A DNA stretch of 64,000 bases, taken from assembly GCA_965368975.1 (NCBI GenBank), contig CBDUPA010000001.1:544001-608000 (forward strand), given 5' to 3'. Below are positions 12,932 to 21,914 of this stretch, one piece after another; position 1 is the stretch's first letter; each line of letters begins with the position of its first letter. The position numbers and the translations under genes are program-made. Under the pieces are notes generated by a model, which searched no databases, was not told the DNA's origin, and saw only the letters and a list, made by a program, of their open reading frames with translations. This DNA comes from an uncultured bacterium (GTDB lineage Bacteria > Acidobacteriota > Thermoanaerobaculia > Multivoradales > JAHZIX01).

Positions 12932-14383
12932 ATGAACATGCGTTCTTGCCAGCAGACTCGCTTCCGCTTCTGGAAGCTCGCTTTATCTCTGACCCTGGGA
13001 GTGGTGGTCGTTGCCACGACTCCAGCTCTCGGGCAAGACTCCCCCTGCCAGGACTCGATCGACTACCTCAATCAGCAGTACGCCAACGATCCCGCGACGC
13101 AGCAGGCGTTCGAGATGACCTATCGCGGCCTGAATCCGCTGCCGCCGGGCTATACCTACAACGGCTCCAGCATCAATCCCTGGGCGCAAATCGCCAATGA
13201 CGGTAAGAGCCTCAAGGACGCGGTGGCGAACTTCTACCTCCAGGTCTGCGAACTGCTACCGCAGATCATCGGCACCAACGACAACGCCCTCGACTCGATC
13301 CAGTACTTCGCCTGGCTCTACTACCACAACGTGGCTGGACAGCAGATGGTCGAGGGGATCGATCCCGCGAATCCGACCCAGACGCTGGACTCCGTCACGA
13401 ACTTCCTGATCATGTTCAATGACGAGTACAAGGAGTACATGGACAGCTCTGACTCCACCACCTACGTGCCTCAGTGGGTGAACGATCCTCGGTTGGAGAT
13501 CGGTGACTACCGGCGCACCCAGGCGGACGAGTACGTCAGCTGGAACGACTTCTTTGCGCGCGATCTGAAATTCGACCCGATCAGCGGGATCTACCCGGCG
13601 CGTCCGGTGACCATGCCCGGCCGTGACTACGTCGTCGTGTCGCCGACCGACTGCATCATGAATCCGCTGGTGCAGACTCTGGAGTTGCAGACCGGGCAAG
13701 TGGTGCAGGCGTTGATCGATAACCCGCTGCAGCAGGACACGGTGCTCGACGTCAAGGGTATCCCGATGTCGATGTCGCAGCTCCTGGCCAACGCGCCGAA
13801 GGATCTGAAGGAGAAGTTCACCGGTGGCAGCGGCCTGGCGTGCGTGCTGATGCCGGACACCTACCACCACTTCCACAGCCCGGTGGACGGCGTGATCGTC
13901 TACGAAGAGATCGTCGAAGCTGGCACCGACTACGCTTGGGGCACCTTCGGTTACTTCGACTGGCCCAATTGGGTGCCGCTCGACGGCAACGTCGGCCGCG
14001 CCGGCACCGACTTCAACCAGTTCCGCGGCTTCCAGCGTGGTGTGATCATCATCGAGGTGCAGTACAAGAACCTGCCGGGTAAGGAGCCCGCGATGCTCAA
14101 GGGGTACGTAGCGTCGATTCCGGTCGGGCTCGACACCGTCGGCTCTGTGGTTCTTGCTGACGAGGTCGAGATCGGCGCGGCGGTGCGCAAGGGGGTGACG
14201 CCGTTCGGCAACTTCTTCTTCGGCGGCTCGCTCGACATTCTGCTGTTCTCGCCGATCCTGAACTCGGGCGTCGAGGGTCCGCCGCAGATGCTGAGTCCGG
14301 CGGTACAGACGCGCATGGGCAACCAGATCGGTATCTTGAACACGCCGTATCCGGCGCCGAAGACGCCGTGGACGCCGGATTGA
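12932..14383 (+). CDS. Phosphatidylserine decarboxylase-family (pyruvoyl) proenzyme with N-terminal signal peptide
   Basis: SWNDFFAR, VSPTD, YHHFHSPVDG and FFFGGS (self-cleavage site) motifs; AAGGAG RBS; signal-like N-terminus ending TPALG. Confidence 0.82.
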   Translation: MNMRSCQQTRFRFWKLALSLTLGVVVVATTPALGQDSPCQDSIDYLNQQYANDPATQQAFEMTYRGLNPLPPGYTYNGSSINPWAQIANDGKSLKDAVANFYLQVCELLPQIIGTNDNALDSIQYFAWLYYHNVAGQQMVEGIDPANPTQTLDSVTNFLIMFNDEYKEYMDSSDSTTYVPQWVNDPRLEIGDYRRTQADEYVSWNDFFARDLKFDPISGIYPARPVTMPGRDYVVVSPTDCIMNPLVQTLELQTGQVVQALIDNPLQQDTVLDVKGIPMSMSQLLANAPKDLKEKFTGGSGLACVLMPDTYHHFHSPVDGVIVYEEIVEAGTDYAWGTFGYFDWPNWVPLDGNVGRAGTDFNQFRGFQRGVIIIEVQYKNLPGKEPAMLKGYVASIPVGLDTVGSVVLADEVEIGAAVRKGVTPFGNFFFGGSLDILLFSPILNSGVEGPPQMLSPAVQTRMGNQIGILNTPYPAPKTPWTPD

Positions 14384-14431
14384 ACCAGCACAGAGGTTCA
14401 TGCATGACATCCGCTGCTTGATTCAGGTTCC

Positions 14432-14662
14432 GTGAAGGAGATCCTGCGCAGTGATCGACTGATGTACTCCCTCTCCGAGACCGATCGGGGAGGGATGACG
14501 CTGGCCGTCGTCTGCGGTGGTATTGCGATGTACACCGTTGAGCTGGACTTGACGGAGGACGAGATCCACCGCTTTCGACGCGAGGGGGAGAGCTTTGTCG
14601 ACGGGCTGGCGCTGAAGGTCTGTAAGAACTGGCCCGGACTGGAGGGGCGACTGCGGCGCTGA
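14432..14662 (+). CDS. Small hypothetical protein (76 aa)
   Basis: Fills the intergenic space co-directionally with host-like codon usage; sequence LAVVCGGIAMY...LTEDE...EGESFVDGLA. Confidence 0.6.
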   Translation: MKEILRSDRLMYSLSETDRGGMTLAVVCGGIAMYTVELDLTEDEIHRFRREGESFVDGLALKVCKNWPGLEGRLRR

Positions 14663-14736
14663 TCTCTCCTCCGGAGGCTACCCCGACACTGCTAGGATGA
14701 CGCAAAATCAACGATGTGACTCAGTGAGGGTGCTAC

Positions 14737-15999
14737 ATGTCCACCGACTTCAAGAGCCGACAGACGCCCGGCGTCTACGTGACCGAACTCGACCCCTTCC
14801 CACCCTCCATGGTCGGCGTGCAGACCGCGGTCCCTGCCTTCGTTGGCTACACCGAAAAGGCGGAGGTCTCCGGCAAGCCCGTGAGGCTGAAGCCGGTCAA
14901 GTGTGGAGCGATGGTCGACTTCGACTTGATCTTCGGTGGTGCTCCGGCGAGCGGAGAGATCTTCCACCTCTACGACAGCCTGCGCCTCTTCTATGCCAAC
15001 GGTGGTGGCGAATGCTACGTGGTTTCCGTCGGTGACTACTCGGCTCCGGTGTCTCTGAAGCCCTTGCAGAAAGGACTGTCGGCGCTGGAGAACGAAGCTG
15101 AACCGACGATGTTGGTGATTCCTGATGCCGTCCTGCTGCCCGCTGACAGCAAGCCCATTGCCGGCACCTCACTGCCGAAGTCGCAAGCCTTCGCGACGCT
15201 GGTGCAGGCGATGCTGCAGCAGGCCGGGACGCTGCAGGATCGCGTCGCGATTCTCGACGTCTACGGCACGCTGTCCTTACCGGGTGCGAAGTCGGCGGAA
15301 TTCGACTCGAACCTGACGGCGCTGATCGAACAGTTCCGGCAGGATGTCGGGACCGAGTTCTTGAGCTACGGCGCGGCATACTTTCCGTTCTTGCAGACGT
15401 CGCTTGACGGCGTCGCGAATCCGTTGCCGCCGAGTCCCGCCCTGGCTGGCGTCTGCACACTCGTCGATACTTCGCGCGGCGTGTGGAACGCGCCGGCAAA
15501 TATCAGTCTGGGATCCGTTACGGCACCGACCGTTGTGATCAACGCCCAGCAACAGGCGGAGCTCAACACGCCGATCGACGGCAAGGCGGTGGATGCGATC
15601 CGCGAGTTCGTCGGCCGTGGCACGCTGGTGTGGGGGGCGCGGACCCTCGACGGCAACAGCAACGACTACCGCTACATTCAGGTGCGACGGACCCTGATCT
15701 ACATCGAGCAGAGCATCAAGGCAGCGCTCGGGCAGTTCGTCTTCGCAGCCAACGACGGCAAGACGTGGGCGACGGTGAAGTCCATGATCTCGAGCTTCCT
15801 GCACCAGCTCTGGGCGCAGGGCGGTTTGATGGGAGCGACGGCCTCGGAAGCATACTCGGTGGAAGTCGGACTGGGCAGTACGATGACGGCGCAGGACATC
15901 TTGGACGGCTACATGATCGTCCAGGTGACGCTGCAGATGATCCGCCCGGCGGAGTTCATTGAGCTGGTCTTCAAGCAGAAGATGGAGAGGAGCACCTGA
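14737..15999 (+). CDS. Contractile tail sheath protein (eCIS Afp2/3-like), orphan
   Basis: TPGVYVTE, TAVPAFVGYT, FYANGGGECYVVSVG, RGVWNAPAN, VWGARTL, YIQVRR and RPAEFI motifs. Confidence 0.92.
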   Translation: MSTDFKSRQTPGVYVTELDPFPPSMVGVQTAVPAFVGYTEKAEVSGKPVRLKPVKCGAMVDFDLIFGGAPASGEIFHLYDSLRLFYANGGGECYVVSVGDYSAPVSLKPLQKGLSALENEAEPTMLVIPDAVLLPADSKPIAGTSLPKSQAFATLVQAMLQQAGTLQDRVAILDVYGTLSLPGAKSAEFDSNLTALIEQFRQDVGTEFLSYGAAYFPFLQTSLDGVANPLPPSPALAGVCTLVDTSRGVWNAPANISLGSVTAPTVVINAQQQAELNTPIDGKAVDAIREFVGRGTLVWGARTLDGNSNDYRYIQVRRTLIYIEQSIKAALGQFVFAANDGKTWATVKSMISSFLHQLWAQGGLMGATASEAYSVEVGLGSTMTAQDILDGYMIVQVTLQMIRPAEFIELVFKQKMERST

Positions 16000-16090
16000 C
16001 GAGAGGGCTGGGTCGGGAGCACTAGCGGGATTTTTAGCGACGTCTGGTGTGTCTAACAAACCAGAACCCCGATGGTGAAAGGATCGAAAG

Positions 16091-17179
16091 ATGCGACTCT
16101 CGAAATGCCCCGTTCTTCTCCTGGTGGTTGGCCTCTGGCTGGCGGTGACTCCGCTTCGGGCGATGCCGATCCCGCCCAACCCGCTCTGGACCTTGACACA
16201 GGATGCCGAACTGATCGTCGTTGCCGAAGTGACGGACCACGAGCCGTGGCGTGACGAGCGGGAGTCAGCGGATAGGTCGATGAGTAAGACGGTGGCGCTG
16301 CTCAGCATCCTCGATACGCTCAAGGGGCCGGAGTTGGAGACGGTTCGCGTGCCGTATCCGGCCGGCTTGGTCTGTCCGCAGCCGCCGCATTACTTCGACG
16401 GTGAGGTCGTCGTGGCCTTCCTGGAGCGCTACGACGACCGCTGGCACACGGTCTCGCTGTCCTTCGGCACGCTGTATCCGCAAGGGCCGGACCTCGATGA
16501 CGTGCTCACCATGACGCGCTGGGCGGTGCGGCTGCAGGCCGAGGCCGGTGCCGGGGGTGTGCTCCAAGAGCAGCGCATGCGCTGGTTGCTGGAAGCGGCG
16601 GCTCGGTCGGGGACGCGCTGGCATGCCTTGATGGAATTACAGCATCCAGAACTCTTGGTGGACAGGAGGCCGGGGGCGGCGGAGTACCGAGCGCCGGCAG
16701 CCTTGACCGACGAGGACTTCGCCGAACTCGCGCAGGCCTTGATCCGGGAGCCGAGACCGGATCACACGTTGCCGATGATGCTAGAGCTGCTGCGCGAGCA
16801 TCCGGAACCGGCCCTCGACGAGGTGGTGCTGGCGGTGACGGAGGGGATGTTGGCGCACGAGAAGCCGTCGTTTGTCCTGGAGTGGATGTTGTCGGAGGTC
16901 ATGAGGCGATTCGGCGAGCTCGAGCCCCGCGGGACCATCGAACGTTTCCAGGCTGCGCGCGAAGCGCAGGACGTGCCAGATTGGAGTGAGCGGATGCCGA
17001 CGATCGAGGAATGGCGGAGCTTCTGGATCGAGACGAAGCGGCGTTTGGGGATTCCGGACGTGGCGCCGGCCGAATTCGATCCGGAGCGCTACGAGTCTCT
17101 GGTACAGCGTCGGCATCGGGAAGAGCTAGCGGAGATCGAAGAGCTCTTGATTCGAGATATCGCCGAAGACGGCGGGTGA
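16091..17179 (+). CDS. Secreted hypothetical protein
   Basis: Signal peptide MRLSKCPVLLLVVGLWLAVTPLRA; N-terminal 'AELIVVAEV...CP.PPHY..GE.VVAFL' domain followed by a helical region. Confidence 0.7.
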   Translation: MRLSKCPVLLLVVGLWLAVTPLRAMPIPPNPLWTLTQDAELIVVAEVTDHEPWRDERESADRSMSKTVALLSILDTLKGPELETVRVPYPAGLVCPQPPHYFDGEVVVAFLERYDDRWHTVSLSFGTLYPQGPDLDDVLTMTRWAVRLQAEAGAGGVLQEQRMRWLLEAAARSGTRWHALMELQHPELLVDRRPGAAEYRAPAALTDEDFAELAQALIREPRPDHTLPMMLELLREHPEPALDEVVLAVTEGMLAHEKPSFVLEWMLSEVMRRFGELEPRGTIERFQAAREAQDVPDWSERMPTIEEWRSFWIETKRRLGIPDVAPAEFDPERYESLVQRRHREELAEIEELLIRDIAEDGG

Positions 17180-17299
17180 TCAATATTCGGCCGCGGCTGC
17201 GCGTGAGAGGGCAGAGACCCACGTGCCGTGAGCTGCTCCGGTAATTGCTAGAGCGGCCGTGGTACACCACCGGCTGCAGAGCCGAGAAGGAGAAATGCG

Positions 17300-17530
17300 A
17301 TGAAGAAGAAGTTGCAGAGGCGTTTTGGCTTGAAGCGGGAAACCCTACGCACGCTCACGGAGTCAGTCTCGAGTCGGGCCGTCGGCGGTACGATCGGAAC
17401 GACGAATGTAGTCGACTGGACAGAGAATCCGGGTGGCATCAGCTGCATCTATCCGGGTGGTTGCGGCACCGGCTACGAGACCATCACCGATCCGGGTTGC
17501 GGGGCATCCTGCGAGCTGGAACCCTGCTGA
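17300..17530 (+). CDS. lanA: RiPP (lanthipeptide-like) precursor peptide, 76 aa
   Basis: AAGGAG RBS; leader MKKKLQRRFGLKRETLRTL...AVGG; core with 5 Cys and 9 Ser/Thr; directly upstream of a LanC gene. Confidence 0.85.
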   Translation: MKKKLQRRFGLKRETLRTLTESVSSRAVGGTIGTTNVVDWTENPGGISCIYPGGCGTGYETITDPGCGASCELEPC

Positions 17531-17541
17531 GCAGGACTTCC

Positions 17542-17578
17542 CTGGCCGTCTGCACGAAGTCTTCGGGCAGACGGCCAG
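17542..17578 (+). promoter_or_regulatory. Stem-loop between precursor and cyclase gene (attenuator or mRNA stabiliser)
   Basis: CTGGCCGTCTGC ... GCAGACGGCCAG perfect 12-bp inverted repeat with no U tract. Confidence 0.6.
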
Positions 17579-17597
17579 ACTTGCCTGGAGCCTTTCG

Positions 17598-18878
17598 ATG
17601 ACAGCTACCTTGATGCGACCGCAGCACGCGACAGCCCAGGGCACTTTGCTCGACGGTGATCTCGCGGAAGCGGCAAGAGAGTCGGTCGATGCCATCATCG
17701 CAGATCTGCTCGAATTGCCGCCCGAGCGCTGCTATAGCCGGCTCCTGCAAGCTCATAGGCCTTCCCTGGGAGCTTTGGAGCCTTGGGCTGCTTTGCTCTT
17801 CGCCTACGCGGCGGAGGCCGGGGTGACGTCGGCCGAGCCGGATGCTCTGGAGATGCGTGCACTCTTGACGCTCGACGAAGCACAGCAGCAGCTCGCCGCG
17901 GAGCAGCGCCTCGATCTCTACGGTGGTTGGTGTGGAGTCGGTTGGGCCTTGGCGCATCTCACCGAGGCCGAGGGCGACGATTTGTTGCAGTTGGATGCTG
18001 CCGTCGAGACTTTTCTGCAGGCAGAACACGAGTTCTGGAAGCTGGACCTCATTGGGGGGCTCGTCGGCTACGGGATCTACCTTCTGGAGCGCTTGCCGCG
18101 GCCGGCAGCGGTACAGGGGCTACGCTCACTGGTCGAGCAGCTGGAGCGCTTGGCGGAGCACACCGACGATGGTCTGATTACCTGGTGGACCCGGCCGGAA
18201 GTCATGCATGAGCAGGAACGCGTCGCCGCCGGTGTCTACAACCTGGGCTTGGCTCACGGCATCCCGGGTGTCGTTGGCCTGCTGGCGCGCGTTCATCGCG
18301 CCGGAATCGCGCAGGGGCAGTGCTCGGCTCTGCTCGCAGGTTCCCTTCCCTGGCTCTTGCAGCAGCGACTTCCCACGGGGATAGCTTCCTGCTTTCCACG
18401 CCAGCTGACGGCCGGTGAGAAGCCCGAGCCGTCGCGCATTGCCTGGTGCTACGGAGAGCTCGGTGCCGCCACTGCGATGCTGGCTGCTGCGCGCGAACTC
18501 AGCGATGTGGCCCTAGAACAGCAGGTGATCGACCTCGCCCTGCACGCCGCTCGCATTACCGGGCCAGTAGCAGGCGTCGTCGACCCGGGGCTGTGCCATG
18601 GTGCGGCTGGTAATGGGCACATCTTCCATCGGCTGTACCGCGCTACTGGCGAAGATGCCCTACGGCGGGCTGCGGTGTTCTGGTTCGAGCAGACTTTGGG
18701 GTATCGCCGGCCCGGGACGGGAATCGGCGGTTTTCAGTCGTTCTATCCGGGACGTCCTGAGCGACCTTGGTACGACGATGCCAGCCTCGTCATGGGCTCC
18801 ACGGGAATCGGTCTGGCCCTGCTTGCAGCCTTGACGCCTGAAGAGCCGGCATGGGATCAACTGCTACTGCTTTCTTGA
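17598..18878 (+). CDS. lanC: LanC-like lanthionine cyclase
   Basis: GLAHGIPG, WCYG and GLCHG (Cys/Cys/His zinc ligands present); GxxG alpha/alpha-barrel repeats; ATG 17598 with GGAG RBS. Confidence 0.9.
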   Translation: MTATLMRPQHATAQGTLLDGDLAEAARESVDAIIADLLELPPERCYSRLLQAHRPSLGALEPWAALLFAYAAEAGVTSAEPDALEMRALLTLDEAQQQLAAEQRLDLYGGWCGVGWALAHLTEAEGDDLLQLDAAVETFLQAEHEFWKLDLIGGLVGYGIYLLERLPRPAAVQGLRSLVEQLERLAEHTDDGLITWWTRPEVMHEQERVAAGVYNLGLAHGIPGVVGLLARVHRAGIAQGQCSALLAGSLPWLLQQRLPTGIASCFPRQLTAGEKPEPSRIAWCYGELGAATAMLAAARELSDVALEQQVIDLALHAARITGPVAGVVDPGLCHGAAGNGHIFHRLYRATGEDALRRAAVFWFEQTLGYRRPGTGIGGFQSFYPGRPERPWYDDASLVMGSTGIGLALLAALTPEEPAWDQLLLLS

Positions 18879-19977
18879 GGCGTCCTGTCTGGGATGCTGG
18901 TCCGCAGCTCCGCGGCCTCCTCATTGCGCCCAAGTAGCCGCAAGCACTGGTCGAGGAGGTCGGCCGCCTCCGCTAGCCGTGGGTCGCCGCCTTCTCGAGT
19001 CCGGTAGTGTACTTCCAGGATCTCGCGCAGAAGCGGTTCCGCGGCCTCGGGCTCGCCAGCTGACAGCTTGTAGCGGCCGAGGCCGAGCACATAGCGAGCC
19101 CGGTCCGGGTTTTCCGGCGGCAGTAGCTCGCGTGCCAGGTCCACGGCACGCTCATGCAGCGGTGCAGCCTGACCGTGGATGCCTCGGGCTTCCAGCAACC
19201 GTGCCAAGTTGTGCAGGCTGTTCGCGACAGCCGGGTGCTCACCCAGGCGCCTTTGGCGCAGGTCCAGAGCCTGCCGGTAGAGCACTTCTGCTTTGTCGAG
19301 GTTGTCCTTGTGCGTGTAGGCCTCGGCAAGACGATCCAGCGTGTTGGCGAGTCTCGGGTGATCTTCGCCCTGCACGCGCCGCCGTCGTTCCAGGTTTTGC
19401 TCGTGCAGGACGATGGCTTGATCGAACTTTCCTTGCTGGACCAGCATGGTGGCCAGATTGTGTGTGTTGGTGATGATCTGCGGGTGATCCTCGCCCAAGA
19501 AGCGGCGATTGATCTCCAGGGCTCGGCGGACGTAGTGCTCCGCCTCGGCGTACTTGGCCTGGTAATAGTAGACATTGCTCAGGTTGTTCAAGATCGTCGC
19601 CAGGTCCGGGTGCTCGTCTCCAAGCGCCGTGCCCCAGCGCTCGATGATCGGGACACGCGCTTGCCCTTTCCCCGCTTGGCTGCCAGATGCTTGCGTGCGT
19701 GATCCAGTAGCAACCGGCGCATGATCTGGGCGGCGATACCGAAGAAGTGCGCACGGTTCTGCCAGCGCACACTGTCCTGGCCGATCAGGCGAAAGTAGGC
19801 CTCGTGAACCAGATCGGTCGTCTGCAGTGTATGGTCGCTGCGTTCTCGACGTAGGTAGCTGGCCGCCAATGATCGCAGTTCGTCGTAGACGATTGGCCAC
19901 AGCTGGGCGAGAGCTGCTTCGTCGCCCTCGGACCAGGCAACCAGCATCTGAGTGACAGGTACGGGTAGGGTGCTCAT
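18857..19977 (-). pseudogene. Collapsed ECF sigma / TPR-kinase pair: sigma region 2 joined out of frame to a TPR tail
   Basis: 19977-~19652 encodes the ECF43-like N-half ([13 protein letters not shown]...AAKRG) without region 4. ~19650-18857, in the -1 frame, encodes LGDEHP/LGEDHP TPRs without kinase or TM. Confidence 0.75.
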
Positions 19978-20074
19978 TAGGAACGAAGGCGACTGTAGCT
20001 CGGAGGTATTTGTGCTAGTTTATCCATCCCTTCCATGAGCTGCCGTGGCGGCTCGAACCCTTCCAGAGAGGTCC

Positions 20075-20740
20075 ATGATGAGCGTCGATACTCTCCTGCT
20101 GACAGAGCCCCTGTACCGCTACATGCGCTCGATCTCGCCGCCGGAACCGGAGCCGCTACGGCGGGCGCGGCAGGACGCCGAGGCGCTGGGCGACAACATC
20201 CGCCAAATCGCCCCCGAGCAGGCGCAATTTCTCGGCCTGCTGGTGCGCCTGGCACGCGTCGAGCGGGTGCTGGAGATCGGCACCTTCCGCGGCTACAGCG
20301 CGCTGGCCTTCGCGCTGGCACTCCCGGAGAATGGGCGCGTGGTGACCTGCGACATCGACGATATCTGGTCCGACTTCGCGCGCCGACACTGGCGCGATGC
20401 CGGCGTGGCGCACAAGATCGAGGCGCACGTGCAACCAGCCCTCGAGTGGCTCGATGGGTTGCTCGAGAGCAGGCGGGAGGAGACCTTCGACTTGGCGCTG
20501 GTCGATGCTGACAAGCACAACCACGGCCGGTACTATGAGCGGGCGCTGCGGCTGGTTCGACCCGGAGGTCTGATCGTGCTCGACAATGTTTTTTGGACTG
20601 GCAAGGTCGTCGATCCCGCGGCCGATGATGAGGACACGCGCACCGTGCGTGCACTGAACGAGAAGGTGGCATGCGACGAGCGGGTGAAGATGGTCGTGGT
20701 GCCGCTGGGCGATGGGTTGACGGTGGCGTTGAAGCTGTAG
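20075..20740 (+). CDS. SAM-dependent O-methyltransferase (caffeoyl-CoA OMT / Methyltransf_3 family)
   Basis: LEIGTFRGYS, FDLALVDADK, GGLIVLDNVFW and PLGDG motifs. Confidence 0.92.
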   Translation: MMSVDTLLLTEPLYRYMRSISPPEPEPLRRARQDAEALGDNIRQIAPEQAQFLGLLVRLARVERVLEIGTFRGYSALAFALALPENGRVVTCDIDDIWSDFARRHWRDAGVAHKIEAHVQPALEWLDGLLESRREETFDLALVDADKHNHGRYYERALRLVRPGGLIVLDNVFWTGKVVDPAADDEDTRTVRALNEKVACDERVKMVVVPLGDGLTVALKL

Positions 20741-20747
20741 CCCGCGC

Positions 20748-21914
20748 TCAGGGCGAGTAGAGGCGCTCGAAGGCGGCGCGGTTGCGCGCCAGGCTGGCGG
20801 CATCCATGAAGTCGTTGTGCACGGCCAGATCGACGGGCACGTCGTAGACTCGGGGTAGCCACTCGGAGCGCAGGCTCTTCTGGGTGTGCAGGCGGCACGT
20901 GGCGGCGGGGGCGACGATGTCGGCCGGGCTATAGAAGTTGAACACTTCGACGCCGTCCTGGTGGGTCGCCGCGAAGAAGCGCTGGTTCAGATCGTGAGTC
21001 TGCCGGTTGCCAGGGCTCAGCTGGAGGGTGCCGCGGCTGTTGTAGATGCGTCTCAGTTCGGCGGCTTTGCGTGCCTGGAATTCCCGGTCCGAGCGTTCCA
21101 GGTAGTTGCGCTCGGCCTGGGTGCCGCCTGTGTAGCGGGTGCGCTTCTGCTCCCAGGAGAGGGCAATCAGCTCGCCCGCCACTCCCAGCAAGGCGACGGT
21201 GTCGGTGCCGGCGTGCGGCGTGCCGAGGAAAGCGATGGTGGTGCGGGTCGGTCGGTAGCCGGCGGGGGCGCCGCCGGTGGGGGCCCCGCCCAGGCTGGCC
21301 AGCTTGTCGCGCCATTGCAGGTAGGCGTCCTTGGCGTAGTTGCCGCCGGCGGAGTAGCCGACCAGTGTGATGCGGGCCTGCGCATCGAAGTACGCTGGGC
21401 TGTCTTTGAGCCAGCGCAGGGCGGTCAGGAAGTTGCCGATCTGGCGCTGGTTGGAGCCGTAACCATCGGACGAGTCGAGCGAGATCATGCACACGGCGGT
21501 GCCGCCCTGGTCGCCCGCGCTGAGTCGGTGCAGGAAGTCGAGGTGCCCTCGCCAGCCGGAGAGCACGTGTTCGCGGTTGGGCCGGCCGGTGTCGGGATAG
21601 GGTTCGATTTTCCAGTAGAAGCCGTGGATCAGCACCACGACGCGGCGGTGACGGGCCAGTTGCACCAGGATCTCGGCGCTCGACGTGCTGCTGGAAGGGC
21701 TTCCGGAGGCCTTACCGCCCAGGTCGCGCCAGCTATCGGGCGTGCGCGTGTAGCAATACAGCGGTCCGTTGAGCGAGATCTCGTACTCCTGCACGAAGCT
21801 CTGAGCCACCTGCAGGCTGGCCTCGGCCGGCCGCGCCGGTAGTAGGACCACGAGTAGCAGGAGCACGAGGTGACCCGTTCCGACCGTGGAGCGCAGCGAG
21901 ATCGAGCGCGTCAC
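20748..21914 (-). CDS. Secreted alpha/beta-hydrolase (lipase/esterase-like)
   Basis: VLIHGF, GYSAGG nucleophile elbow, FLGTPHAG, SPADIV (Asp), VHND (His); signal peptide; GTG start overlaps the upstream TGA (GTGA). Confidence 0.75.
   Translation of the reverse strand: MTRSISLRSTVGTGHLVLLLLVVLLPARPAEASLQVAQSFVQEYEISLNGPLYCYTRTPDSWRDLGGKASGSPSSSTSSAEILVQLARHRRVVVLIHGFYWKIEPYPDTGRPNREHVLSGWRGHLDFLHRLSAGDQGGTAVCMISLDSSDGYGSNQRQIGNFLTALRWLKDSPAYFDAQARITLVGYSAGGNYAKDAYLQWRDKLASLGGAPTGGAPAGYRPTRTTIAFLGTPHAGTDTVALLGVAGELIALSWEQKRTRYTGGTQAERNYLERSDREFQARKAAELRRIYNSRGTLQLSPGNRQTHDLNQRFFAATHQDGVEVFNFYSPADIVAPAATCRLHTQKSLRSEWLPRVYDVPVDLAVHNDFMDAASLARNRAAFERLYSP

Noticed and set aside
14737-17179. Prophage or complete eCIS locus
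   Set aside because: Only a sheath gene is present; no capsid, terminase, integrase, tube or baseplate was recognised.
20075-20740. O-methyltransferase as a lanthipeptide tailoring enzyme
   Set aside because: It is a CCoAOMT-type enzyme, not the PIMT-like family known from lanthipeptide clusters, and an opposite-strand locus separates it from lanC.
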